DNA of 64,000 bases from Convolutriloba macropyga (Eukaryota). Below are positions 49,401 to 63,400 of the stretch, piece by piece. Under the pieces are notes generated by a model that was not told where the DNA came from, searched no databases, and saw only the letters and a list, made by a program, of their open reading frames with translations. Within the stretch, counting starts at the first letter, position 1. Each line of letters begins with the position of its first letter. The position numbers and the translations under genes were made by a program. The DNA is taken from the NCBI RefSeq assembly GCF_964194025.1, contig NC_134473.1, positions 74,524,001-74,588,000 of the forward strand, read 5' to 3'.

Positions 49401-50380
49401 ATCTTTTATGTTTAAACGAAGAAACGATAACAAAATTTCGAATAAACTTCTAAATTTCACACGTTTTTTCACGCCTGATCGCATCGTACATATAGAGCTC
49501 GAATCATGTCTAAAAACTAGAAATTAAGCTGAACACTTTTGGTTAAGGTCATCTTTTTAAACAAAATTAATCCTCTTGGTTTCAACAACTAATTGGCCAG
49601 ATTTTTCTATCTCTGTCAACGATCTAAGCAATAAAAGCTTTTAAGCTTTGAAATATGCGAGGTCTTTTCCCAATGAACTTTGAAGCTCATGTCTCTGATT
49701 TTTTCTTTATTTCATTTGATTTGAACAAAGCAGTTTTTTCCCCACAATCACGTTACTATCACTTAAACTAGCATACGTGAGTTGGGGCTTAAATACTATG
49801 TGCCGAAGACAGTAGGGTGGAGGATTTTGTAGGACGGGGGACCGTAAAATAGGGGAGGTTGTGAGATTTTCGTTGCTGATCAGAATAAACCCTAACTGGC
49901 ATAGGCTCTTAATAGAGTATAATAGAACATCATCCAACAAATATTCCAAAAAATTAAATTTATAGATATTCATTTTTACTTAAAAGGAGAAAACTATGTT
50001 GCCCATGTTCCCATCAAAACTTTATGTTGACCGTTTTCAGTTGAGACCAATTATGGCAGGAAAACGGGTACGTAATAGATTAGAAGCACGCTAGTTGTAG
50101 TGCAGTTTTCCTCTCTGTTGCCCGATATCTGATGGTATTTCGCCATTTTAACTCGCCCCAACAAATCTCAAATTTTTATTATTGTTTGAATTTATAACTT
50201 TTATCACCAGTTCTTATAAATACGAATCCTCTAAGAAATAACAAAAAATAATTTGGGAGATATTATGCGATGAATTTTCTTTCTATATTATTGCATAAGA
50301 TGTACGTTAATAGTATGGTAAGTTGTCATATGCTTGTTCGGACCCCCCCCCCTACAAGAACTTTTACCTCTGAAAACCCT
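43467..50380 (+). repeat. Segmental duplication, copy 2
   Basis: Colinear with 34199-41109. Confidence 0.95.
46368..49399 (+). mobile_element. Family A Helentron-like element (duplicate of 37094-40125)
   Basis: Near-identical copy inside the segmental duplication. Confidence 0.78.
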
Positions 50381-53300
50381 GATATCTTGTTGTGAAACGA
50401 AGTTTTGTTCAATTTTCAGCAGTCGACTTCACATCAAAATTGTCTCCAAGACTGCTGAAACTTGAACAAAACTTCGTGTCACAACAAGATATCAGTTTTT
50501 CAGAGGTAAAAGTTCTGGTAGGGGTTTGGGTCCAAACCCCATTACCTAAAAGCAAATGGCAACTTACCGCTGTTTCAATGTTTCTTGCTGACGAAATTAT
50601 ATGTTCCTCAGCTCCTAGACTCTCACTATATGTTTTTGTTGAAAACTTACAAAATGCAATATCAGACACCAGAAGACTCATATTTTAAAAAAGAACGAAA
50701 AATTTTTGCGAAAATTTTTCAAAGTTTTTTGGAGTCCTAAAATTGCATGAAATGGATTATCCGCTATAAATGAGCACTCAAAAGTGATTTTTTGTCGACT
50801 TCAGTTTTTTCACCTACATAGTAGGGGTAAGAAAGATGAAAACTAAACCCCTTTAGTTGTTTAACGTCCAGCAGCCGATTTTTATAGTTTTCAAAATTGA
50901 CATTTACTTTCAGCATTTCTGCAAACATCTGTCTGTTTGGTAATGGCTGCTGCAAAGTTGCCCTTGAATTTCAATTGGATTTTAACCGACACTATGTCTT
51001 TGGCACAAAGTTGGCAATAATCTTCGATCTAAGCACAAGAACATTATTTCGTTCGTGAAGGATGTGAAATTGCAATTTCCTAATTAATACAAACTTCCAA
51101 AAAAACAGAAAGCTTTCAGCATGTTGGCTCATCTAACAACCTTTTTTGTCCATCAGATTGTATTGCAACACAATACAAATGTGATCACTTGTTCCAGCTC
51201 TTATTTTCAGAAATTCTTAAAAGAAATCTCGTTCCAGGCTCTATTCATTTCATCAAAAACTTGTGCAATACGGTCACTGGAGATTCGCAATCAAACTCTA
51301 TCAGTAAAAAACAATGTTCTGCCCGAAAAGTTTTTCTGAGCTCATTGAAACACCATTTTAAGCAAAAACCCAACTTTTTTCCTTAAATGATTCACTTGGC
51401 AGCGTTTCGTTTTTTTCGTAACTTCAATTTTTTCGAGAAATTGTCTACTTGTACCTCTAGAAAACGTATTCCTTGTTTTCCAAGTAGTGTTTGTGTGCAT
51501 GCTATGCATATGATCTCATTTCCAAGTTGAGCTGTTTTTGTATGTTTTTTCTTGAAGTTCTGATATCTCGTAGTAGAAAAACCTGGCGAAAATTGAAAGA
51601 ATAAAGCGGTTTAACTGTCTTTCTTTAAGCATTGAAATGATACCGAAATGTCGCTTAAACTTCTAAATTTCACGCTTTTTTCACGCCTTAGCGCACCGTG
51701 CTTATGGAGCGCGAATCACGTCTAAAATATAGAATTTAAGATTAACATTGGTTTTTGGTTAAGATTATCATTTTTAACAAAATTAATTTTCTTGTTTTCA
51801 ACAAATTCCTGGCCAGATTTTTCTATGACTGTCAATGATATAAGCGTTGAAAAACTTTAATGCTTTGAAATAGGCGAAGTGAGAAATTTTTTTCCGGTTT
51901 GAACATTTACACAATTTAGTCTTTCAAATAAAAATTTAAATTCAGATTTTGCTCTTTATTTCATCTGATTAGAACAAAACATTTAGATGCCTATAATCAC
52001 GTTAAAGCCATGAAAACAGCATGCGTAATTTGGGGCTGAAAAATTCTATGCCCAATACGGTAGAATGGACGGTGTAAAGATTCAGTTTCTGATCATAACG
52101 TATCTTAACTGACCGAGGCTCTCAATAGAGTATAATAGCAAATCATAAAACAAACTTGCCAAAAAATTAAATTTTTAGTTTTTCACATAGGGGACAAAAT
52201 TATTTTGCTCATGTTCCCATCAAAAATGTTATGTTGACCCTTTTCAGTTGAAACCAATTATGGCAGGAAAACGGGTACGTAATAGATTAGAAGCACGCTA
52301 GATGTAGTGCAGTTTTCCTCTTCGTTTCCCAATACCTGATAATTTTTCGCCATTTTAAATTGCATCCAAAATATCTCCAATTTTTAATAGTGTTTGAAAT
52401 TTTAACCTTGACCCATAGTTCTTATATATACAAATCCGCTAACAAATAACAAAAAAATTGAGAGATATTACGCGAAGAAATTTTTCTTTATATTATTCCA
52501 TAAGATGCACGTTAATAGTATAGTAAGTTGCCATATGCTTGTGGGGGGGGGGGGGGGGGTTCGGAACCCCCCCGTACAAAAAATTTTACCTCTGAAAAAA
52601 CTAATGTCTTGTTGTGAAACAAAGTTTTGTTCAAATTTCAGCAGTTGACTTCACATCAAAATTGTCTCCAAGACTGCTGAAACTTGAGCAAAACTTCGTT
52701 TCACAACAAGATATCAGTTTTTCAGAGGTAAAAGTTCTGGTAGGGGTTTAGGTCCAAACCCATTACCTAAAAGCAAATGGCAACTTACCGCTGTTTCAAT
52801 GCTTCTTGCTGACGAAATTATATGTTCCTCAGCTCCTAGACTCTCATTATATGTTTTTGTTGAAAACTTACAAAATGCAATATCAGACACCAGAAGACTC
52901 ATATTTTAAAAAAGAACGAAAAATTTTTGGGAAAATTTTTCAAAGTATTTTGGAGTCTTAAAATTGATTGAAATGGATCATCCGCTATGAAAGAGCACTC
53001 AAAAGTGATTTTTTGTCGACTTCAGTTTTTTTTACCTACATAGTAGGGGTAGGAAAGATGAAAACTGAACCCCTTTAGTTGTTTAACGTCCAGCAGCCGA
53101 TTTGTATAGTTTTCAAAATTGACATTTAGTTTCAACATTTCTGCAAACTTCTGTCTGTTTGGTAATGGCTGCTGCAAAGTTGCCCTTGAATTTCAATTGG
53201 ATTTTAATGGACACTATATCTTTGGCAAAAAGTTGGCAATAATCTTCGATCTAAGCACAAGAACATTATTTCGTTCGTGAAGGATGTGAAACTGCAATTT

Positions 53301-56300
53301 CGTAATTAATACAAATTTCCAAAAAAACAGAAAGCATTCAGCATGTTTGCTCATTTAACAACCTTTTCAGTCCATCAGATTCTTTTGCAACACAATACAT
53401 ATGTGATCACTTGTTCCAGCTCTTATTTTCTGAAATTCTTAAAAAGAATCTCGTTCCAACTCGATTCATTTCATCAGAAATTTGTGCAATTCCGTCACTG
53501 CAGATTCGCACTCAAACTCTATCAGTAAAAAAACAATGTTCTGCCCGAAAAGATTTCCTGAGCTCATTGAAACACCATTTTAAGCAAAAACCCAACTTTT
53601 TTCTTTAACTGATTCACTTGGCAGCGTTTCGTTTTTTTCGTAACTTCAATTTTTCGAGAAATCGTCTACCTGTACCTCTAGAAAACTTTTTCTTTGTTTT
53701 CCAAATAGTGTTTGTGTGCATGCTATGCATATGATCTTATTTCCAAGTTGAGCTGTTTTTGTATGTTTTTTCTTGAAGTTCTGATATTTCGTAGTAGAAA
53801 AACCTGGAGAAAAGTGAAAGAACAAAGCGGTTTAACCGTCTTTCTTTAAGCACTGAAATGATACCGAAATGTTGCTTAAACTTCTAAATTTCACGCTTTT
53901 TTCACACCTTAGCGCGCCGTGCTTATGGAGCGCGAATCTTGTCTAAGATATAGAAATTAAGATTAACATAGGTTTTTTGTTAAGATTATCATTTTTAACA
54001 AAATTAATTGTCTTGGTTTCAACAAGTTTCTGGCCAGATTTTTCTATGACTGTCAATGATATAAGCGTTGAAAAACTTTAACGCTTTGAAATAGGCGAAG
54101 TGAGAAATTTTTTTCCGATTTGAACATTTACACAATTTAGTCTTTCAAATAAAAATTGAAACTCAGATTTTGCTCTTTATTTCATCTGATTAGAACAAAA
54201 CATTTAGATGCCTACAATCACGTTAAAGCCATGAAAACAGCATGCGTAATTTGGGGCTGAAAAATTCTATGCCCAATACGGTAGAATGGACGGTGTAAAG
54301 ATTCAGTTTCTGATCATAACGTATCTTAACTGACCGAGGCTCTCAATAGAGTATAATAGCAAATCATAAAACAAACTTGCCAAAAAATTAAATTTTCAGT
54401 TTTTTACATAGGGGACAAAATTATTTTGCTCATGTTCCCATCGAAAGAGTTATGTTGACCCTTTTCAGTTGAAACCAATTATGGCAGGAAAACGGGTACG
54501 TATTAGATTAGAAGCACGCTAGATGTAGTGCAGTTTTCCTCTTCGTTTCCCAATACCTGATAATTTTTCGCCAATTTAAATTGCATCCAAAAAATCTCTA
54601 ATTTTTATTAGTGTTCGAATTTTTAACTTTGACCAATAGTTCTTATATATACAAATCCGCTAACAAATAACAAAAAAAATTGAGAGATATTACGCGAAGA
54701 AATTTTTTTTATATTATTCCAAAAGATGCACGTTAATAGTATAGTAAGTTGCCATATGCTTGTGGGGGGGGGGGGGGGGGTTCGGAACCCCCCCCCCCCG
54801 TACAAAAAATTTTACCTCTGAAAAAACTAATGTCTTGTTGTGAAACAAAGTTTTGTTCAATTTTCAGCAGTTGACTTCACACCAAAATTGCCTCCAAGAC
54901 TGCTGAAACTTGAAAAAAACTTTGTTTCACAACAAGATATCAGTTTTTCAGAGGTAAAAGTTCTGGTAGGGGGTTGGCTCCAAACCCCCGCACCTAAAGC
55001 AAATGGTAACTTACCTCTGTTTCAATGTTTCTTGCTGACGAAGTTATATTTTCCTCAGCTCTTAGACTCTCGTTATATGTTTATTGTTTAAATACATTGT
55101 AATATACACGCTGTTTATTCTTAAGCTATGTTGGAGGAAATTGCTACGAAGTCCATTTAGCTTATTGGTTAAGACTTGCTACGCAAATTAATTGTTACAA
55201 GTACCAACGTGGAAATTCGAATAGCATAAAAATCAAACCGTTTTGGCGGGAATTAAGATGGTTTTAGTATTTTCATGCAGAAAATTTTACTCAAAAATCA
55301 AGACTAGCTATTGTAGATTATGACTTGAACAGAGTACTGGCCATCTACAAAAAACAGAAATGTCGAGACTGATTCAGCGCTGATTTGCTCTGCCATCAAC
55401 CACCGGGTAATTTCTGGGAGCCAAATTTTAAACTGAAATCTGGTTTTCACTTGGAGTGTAATAAGAGTAGCATTTATGGAAAACATCACAAAGCCATGAT
55501 TTGTTGTTCTAAAAATTGGCAATTTTTTAGCGAAAAACAAAAACATTCGAAAAAAACATGAGAAAAAAACATTATGGCAGCAGTTAAGAATAAAATTTGG
55601 CTCGTCTATTACAGTTTTTCTGATCTTTTTTTTAATTATGTCAAATTATAAAAATGTAACCACAACAAACAATGATAATAAAAGTAGCAGCAGAAAGCGA
55701 AATTTTTCGGAGGAAACAATTACAGCAACCAGAGGCAACAAATTCAGATTAAGAACATCTTAACTGACCGAGGCTCTCAATAGAGCATAATAGCAAATCA
55801 TACAACAAACTGGCAAAAAAATTAAATTTTTAGTTTTTCACATAGGGGACAAAATTATTTTGCTCAAGTTTCCATCGAAAATGTTATGTTGACCCTTTTC
55901 AGTTGAAACCAATTATGGCAGGAAAACGGGTACGTATTAGATTAGAAGCACGCTAGATGTAGTGCAGTTTTCCTCTTCGTTTCCCAATACCTGATAATTT
56001 TTCGCCAATTTAAATTGCATCCAAAAAATCTCTAATTTTTATTAGTGTTCGAATTTTTAACTTTGACCAATAGTTCTTATATATACAAATCCGCTAACAA
56101 ATAACAAAAAAAATTGAGAGATATTACGCGAAGAAATTTTTTTTTATATTATTCCATAAGATGCACGTTAATAGTATAGTAAGTTGCCATATGCTTGTGG
56201 GGGGGGGGGTTCGGAATCCCCCCCCTCCCCTACAAAAACTTTTACCTCTGAAAAACTAATGTCTTGTTGTGAAACAAAGTTTTGTTCAATTTTCAGCAGT

Positions 56301-57177
56301 TGACTTCACACCAAAATTGCCTCCAAGACTGCTGAAACTTGAAAAAAACTTTGTTTCACAACAAGATATCAGTTTTTCAGAGGTAAAAGTTCTGGTAGGG
56401 GGTTGGCTCCGAACCCCCGCACCTAAAAGCAAATGGTAACTTACCTCTGTTTCAATGTTTCTTGCTGACGAAGTTATATTTTCCTCAGCTCTTAGACTCT
56501 CGTTATATGTTTTTGGTTTAAATACATTGTAGTATACACGCTGTTTATTCTTAAGCTATGTTGGAGGAAATTGCTACGAAGCCCATTTAGCTTTTTGGTT
56601 AAGACTTGCTACGCAAATTAATTGTTACAAGTACCCACGTGGAAATTCGAATAGCATAAAAATCAAACCTTTTTGACGGGAGTTAAGCTGGATATAGTAT
56701 TTTCATGCAGTAAATTTTACTCAAAAATCAAGACTAGCTATTGTAAATTATGACTTGAACAGAGTACTGGCCATCTACAAAAAACAGAAATGTCGAGACT
56801 GATTCAGCGCTGATTTGCTCTGCCATCAACCTCCGGGTAATTTCTGGGTGCCAATTTTTAAACTGAAATCTGGTTTTCACTTGGAGTGTAATAAGAGTAG
56901 CATTTATGGAAAACATCACAAAGCCACGATTTGTTGTTCTAAAAATTGGCAATTTTTTAGCGAAAAACACAAACATTCGAAAAAAACATGAGAAAAAAAC
57001 ATTATGGCAGCAGTTAAGAATAAAATTTGGCTCGTCTATTACAGTTTTTCTGATCTTTTTTTTTAATTATGTCAAATAATGAAAATGTAACCACAACAAA
57101 CAATGATAACAAAAGTAGCAGCAGAAAGTGAAACTTTTCGGAGGAAACAATTACAGCAACCAGAGGCAACAAATTCA
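50318..57177. repeat. Tandem array (units of about 2.2, 2.2 and 1.43 kb plus a partial unit), each with a ~260-bp palindrome
   Basis: Palindromes at 50318-50567, 52523-52788, 54744-55014 and 56179-56444; the intervening sequence is repeated. Confidence 0.9.
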
Positions 57178-58808
57178 AATTAATTTTGATATTCAATTCT
57201 CTGAGAAATATTGACCACAACCATTTTTTTTCTACAAAATGACCCCATTTCAACGCATTTCTCCGACAGATCATTCAATTATCGGAATTATCTTCATTAT
57301 TTTGTAGCTTTTTCTTGAACACCGTTCATCTAACCAATTCTGGAAGGTGCCTTAGTTATCTTAACATTATTCTCTGTCATTTACTGTTACGTCTATTAAC
57401 ATTTTCAAAACATAAAACACTGTGCAATTCCTGTTGTTATAATCTTAACTGTATTTCCAGTCTGTGTATTTAATTTTGCAGAATGTAAACAAAAAGACAA
57501 ACACAAAATTAGTTATTTGTTTGATAAACAGCAAATTTAAACATTTGTCGGTGTTGTTTATATATTTTTCTTAAAATGAAACATAAAATGGGATTTTTCA
57601 GTCAGCTAAATTAGCCCAAAAATGGGTTAAAATAATAATGGTAAACTTGGCTCTCATTTTAAGAAAGATTTCAAAAGATGTGAAGTACGATAGAACTCAA
57701 AATTATGTTTCCTTATTGTCATGGGCGTCACAGCTTCACCTCAATATCCGGTCCTGGAAATTAAAACTTTCACCCTGGCTAGTCTTCAAGACGCCACCCC
57801 CCCTTCAAATCTTTTTTATTCTCAACCATACCCTCAAACTCTCACCCCATTTAACAATTCGCAGCACCGACATCATTTAATTGTTGATTTGTAAACACTT
57901 GTGATTTTGATTTAAGCTGAACATGGAAACAAATGGGTTTTTCAGCTAACCGGGTCGAGGTGTCAACGCTAAAAGTCACTTAAAAAGTAAGAACTGCGGT
58001 GAATGCGTTGAATGTTTGTAAGCTAAAATTCACCACTAAAAAACGCAGATCCTACATTATTTTTCTCGACAAAACCGCGACCCGGGTAGAGAATATCCAA
58101 GTGGGTGACCGCCTTCTTAACCGTTATTAGCTTCAACCCTGTATCATTCAGCCCGGTTTTAATTATTAATATAATTGGTAAAAACATTAACATTCAAAAT
58201 AAGGGATTTGTGGGGTTTAGTGGGCAAAGAGTTTATAGATTAATAAAGTAAATTAGAGATTCGTAGGGTCGCAGAGAAATTGGTTTGTTGTGAACAGATT
58301 GCGGTGTGAGAAGATAATGGGGTAGAAAAGTTTGTTTAAATATGGGGCTAAATGAACGAATTGAGTGAAAAGAAGTAGAAAAAAGTATAATTTTAATTTA
58401 TAAAACTAATTTAGAGCATGTTCAAGATAACAAGCACAAAATTGATCTGTAGAGAAGACGAAAAAGTCATAGGAGAAAAATGGGGAACAATTACTCCAGA
58501 TATTCCGCATTTCTTTATCTGTGAATTTTCGATTGCACCTTAGTCGGTGCCCCCCCCCCCCCCCCCCCCCAGCTTAGTGGGTTCATATTATTTACACCCC
58601 CCAGAAGCGCAATATTTTTACACGTGCAACAATATTTTTACATAATAGTTTACTATGTAATCAAACGTGCTCTGTAATTGGGGGGAGCATAACGTACTGG
58701 GTGGGGGGGGGGGGTGCACAAACGGAAAAGATCCCACTGTTCATTTAAGACATTTGCAGGTATTTGTTTAGAATTCAATGGGTGTTTTTCTTTCAGCTGC
58801 AGCCAATC

Positions 58809-58823
58809 ATGGCTGGAAAGAAG
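58809..58823 (+). CDS. Possible first coding micro-exon (MAGKK) of an unidentified gene
   Basis: Strong acceptor tttttctttcag (58796), AATC-ATG-G context, AAG/GTGAGT donor at 58824; no downstream exon recognised. Confidence 0.3.
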
Positions 58824-60470
58824 GTGAGTATCTCTTGAAATTTATGACTCACATAATTGTCAACTGATAGGTACAGAGAAATCACAATCACAAGCTATAT
58901 TGTTACTGTCAAAACACTCTTGACCAATAATAATAAGTCATGCGCGATTCTCAATTGCGTATGCACGCGCGTGATCACTCGATGGACAAAAAAGTCTCCA
59001 AATTTTATCTCAGATGAGGCTTAATTGATCGTTTTCTATTTGAACCAAATATTATACAAACACTTAGGTCACTAGGGGAGGCGGGCAAACGGAAAATATC
59101 CGGATTAATTTATGATAACCAGCCAAGGAACATTGAAAAGTTGCTGAAACATGGGTAACAACTTAAAGTTGGAACAGATGGTGGAATGCAAAAGGTGTTC
59201 ATTGATGTCAATGTGAAATAAAGGCAATGAATCTTCCTACAACGGAGTTCAGGAATTCTGTTGGAGCATATCTGGTTTTAAGCTTCAAAATAGAAAGTGA
59301 TAAAAATTTTTTTTTTACAAAATTTGCAAAAAGTTGAGAAAACAATAGTGATCTTTTTCACTTTTCCCACCAGTGCGTTACGCTCCCCCAGTTACAGAGC
59401 ATGTTGCACGCGTTGTTGCACACCCATTAAGCTGGGGGGGGGGGGTGGTGACACAAACTGAAAATATTCAAAAACAAAAAGCTTTTCAAATACAAAAAAG
59501 CACCCAAAACAGAAACGAAAATTTTTTTCAAACAATGTTTGTCCCCTCATGCAAAAATAGTTTTATAACAAAGAATTAGATCTTTCCATTTTGAAACGAA
59601 TCTTCAACGATTTTTCTGAAATTCGGTTTGCTAAAATTTTACTGATACTAAAATTTTCAATTTCGAGTACATATCGTAAGGCACGAAATTTGCTTTGAAT
59701 ACTACAATTCTCTCCGGGCAAAACCATCTTTAGCATGCAAACATCTCTTGTCTAGATATCCGTTGCTATCTAACATCTTTCATTGCTTTTTTATGCAATC
59801 CCGATTTTTATGATTTAAAAAAGTTGCTGCTTCGAGGTAAACTATGTTGTTTATAGAACTTTTACCCAATTTTTCATGATCGAACGGATTTTTTTTAAAA
59901 ATTAAACAATTCCATAGACAATCATATTCGAGAACTGCATACCTGAATTTCAAATATAAGAAAAGGAATTTCAAAAAGCCTTTTGGTTGAAAAAAAAGTT
60001 TACTGATTTTTTATATAGCAGGAATCATAATGTATTTCATACAAATCCATACGATCGTGTGAAATGAGCCTTCCAAAAGATCTGATTCGAAAAATTGTTG
60101 TAAATAAATTGCTGTATTACGCCTCAATTCTTCGGTTTGTATCTTAAACTGGAATATGCTGCCTTCAATTTTTTAACTGGAATATGCTGCCTGGAATATG
60201 CTGCTCTATTACTGTTCAATCAAAATTTTCATCGTAAAAAAATAGAATTCTTTTGATTTTAAACACTGAAAAATAGTTGAGAACCGTAGTTGAGAACCAA
60301 AATTAATTTTTTTTTGTTTCCATAAAACTCGATTCAATTCATTGGCAAAGCGTCGGCAATTAATAAAAAGTATTCTGTCTAATGCTGTTTTCAATGATAA
60401 AATTTTTGCGGCTAATTGTTTGAAAAAAAGGTAAAAAATGCGCAAATACTTGTTGGCTCCCTTTTCGTTG

Positions 60471-63400
60471 TTGTTCCGACCCCATTTTGTGGGAGGGAGG
60501 AACTATATACTCAAATGGAAATGGGTTCTTTTTCTTTCAGCCAAATTTTGCCCATCGTTTTTTCATCGTAGAGAGTTTTGAGTGATGTCTTTAAAAAGCC
60601 CGTCTAGCGTAGAATACAGGCATGCTTTTTTGAATTTCGTTTTCTACGGAGATTTATCGATTTTTAAATTTTGTGAATAGTAGCCCAATTTCAGATGTTT
60701 CTATTCACGTTTCCTGTAATTTTAGCCCAAATTAATGTTTATTTGCAAAATGTTTAAAATTGTACACAAAAATGTCAGTGGTTTTAACCCGTAAGTTAGA
60801 AAAAGGTCGCTGAATGATTCGATCCAATTTTCTTTTTTTAACTAAAATGTTGCTATTATTTTTAATTTTAAATACTCTAGTCAAAATGGTGCCAAAAATG
60901 ATTTTTTAGCACACTTAGTTTAAGCTTGCTAGAAGAAGAGACCTCAGAACTGATAAAAGAGTATTTAATAACTCGAAAAGCAGGGAGGACTTTTGTTGCT
61001 TCCGCTTCCAAAGGAGTCTACTTGAAGTGAATTTTTGCATGTTTTTCGCTAGTATAACTCGATTTGTATGTAAAATGCATTGTTCATTTTTGATATATTG
61101 AGATGTTTCATTAGTCGAAACTGCCAAATTGGCAATTACTGGGAACAATTGGGTATTTAGTTTGGCATGCAGCTGTATCGGGGTTAGTTTCCTTCACTTC
61201 ATGGACTCTGATGATCAAAAATTGTTCCGATTGTAATGAAAAGTGTTGCAATGTTTATGTTATTTATGTTAATTGCTGACAAAATTATTTCAAATCCAAA
61301 GTCAATTAGAGCAATTCTCACTTAGATGATATCGATTTCCATCGAACATATCGTGATAGGTATAGAGAAGGAGCGGTTTTTATTGCGTCGACAGTGTTGT
61401 TTTTAAAAAAACTTTTATTGAATTCTTGTGTTTTGTTTGAATTTTTTGTTCTTTTCGCGCTCTTATGGCTTAGTCTGAATAATGAAAGATTACAATCGGC
61501 TTCTTTAATTTAATTGCGCAAATAAAGCTATACCCTGTCTTCAGTTGATATTTGATGACTCTTAAGAAATATACATTTGTGTTAAGAAAATATCCTTGAA
61601 AAATTGAACTATGCAACTTTTATATCATTTTTCTGTCGACCTGTAGCTTAATTGCAACAAATAGAGCCCGATCTTTCTTCCATGTGAAAAAATGTTCTTC
61701 GTATAATGACTTTAAAAAACAAAGGATTGCTGAATCTTCCCATTGTTGTTCTTGATTTTGACATCATCTAACTTTCACTTGTCATCGATAGGTATCAACA
61801 ACTTTTTGCTGAAAGAAAAGTTTAATTTTTTGTTTATTATGTTTTTTACTAATGTATTCTGGCTTAGACAAATTGTTTCAATAAATAATTTCTTTAGTTT
61901 TCTGCTCTGGTCGATATTGCATTTTTTCTTCAACCCTTTCTACAAAGAGGACTCATTGGTTATCAACTGAAACCCAGGTGAAAAAATAAAATTTTCTTGA
62001 TATTTTTTGTTTTCAATTGTGTCTAAAATCTAATAGTCTTAATGGCTGCAATTCTGTTATTTAGTAAAACAGTTTGTTAAAAATTGGGTTCCATCCTTGC
62101 AAAGTTTTTCTTGTAGTCTTCTTCCTGAGTATCACTAATACAAGCCCAATTGCTTACCTAAAGTGTTCTGATTTTTTTGTTATCTGCATAAAGCTTAGGT
62201 TTTTCATTGATTCTGAAAAGACTTGTTTTGAGATAAATCAATGGATTTTTGAACTTTACCATTTTCTTCTTCTTTCTGTCGATAGGTAGGTTGTTCGCCC
62301 AAAATATATGCCTTATCCTCTTTCGAGCAAGGCAAAATGCAGCTTTTAGTTGTTCTGTTTCCAACTGAAAAATTTTTGGCTTTGATAGAAAGCATTCTCG
62401 TTTTAAAAATTCAGCATTCAAGTTTGCGCATCTGCGGGTTTCTCAAGTTCACTTTGTGCTTCCTTCCCAGAATAACATTTTAGTGAGGAGGCCACTTTGG
62501 CACTAAAATGGTGCGCTATGGAACGAATTCAATGTTCGTAGTAGTTTGACATAATCTGGATAATGATAGGCCTGAATTGCTTCTTGAAGAATTTTATACT
62601 AACAGTTTTCAATTGCTTCCTCAATTTTACACCAAGAGTTATGAGACAACCTTTTTAATGATTTCACTTGCTACCTATTGGTTTTAATCACTTAGAATGT
62701 AATATTTTCCAAAAATGGAGTTTTTTCGTTAAGATTTTCTTTTTCTACACTTTCTTTTTGAATTGTTAGGAGTCTAATTGAGGACAGCTCTCAAAGTTAT
62801 TTTGGTAATGTACAGGTCGATTTGTTTAGTTTTGGTGTGATCCTATGCCATTTCAAATTTTTTGTGTTTTCTTCTAAAGATAGACATCGAGTTTTGAGTG
62901 TAACTAATGTTTTTTCTTATTGTTTTGTCACCACGTTACTCCGAGTTTTCTTTTTTTTAAAATTATGACATTAATTAATCATTTTATAGGTTCATTTTGT
63001 TTCTTTTTCGAAATACCACCTTATTGACAGGTACAATTGAACGATTGAGCGACAGCATACTTGAAAAAAGCACGGCGTTGAAAATGGACCTATCTGAATA
63101 TTTTAACTGCTTTTGTTGAATGGTTTACGCTTTTGGGCTGAGACACAGTTCTCTAGCAAAATTTAGCGACTTTTTTGTTTTTGCTTACCATTGTCTCTCT
63201 TTTTGTTGTTAATTGACATAAACGTGATAATGATATGTCCCTTTTTCTTCCCCAGGACTTATAACTGAACCTATTTAAAGGTTTCAATTTATTGCTAATT
63301 GTTTGAGTGACCTTCAAATTAATTTTGAAAAAAGATTTTGTTAACTGTCACCATTTTGCTCTCCTTTTCGTCACCATATAACCCAGTCTCACTAATAAGA

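Noticed and set aside
50880-51300. Possible decayed ORF in the 2.2-kb tandem unit (minus strand)
   Set aside because: Short open stretches only; no recognisable transposase motif.
34461-62421. Numerous 60-100 aa ORFs, many repeated identically
   Set aside because: F/K/I/L-rich chance ORFs with non-ATG starts and no motifs; the repetition only reflects DNA duplication.
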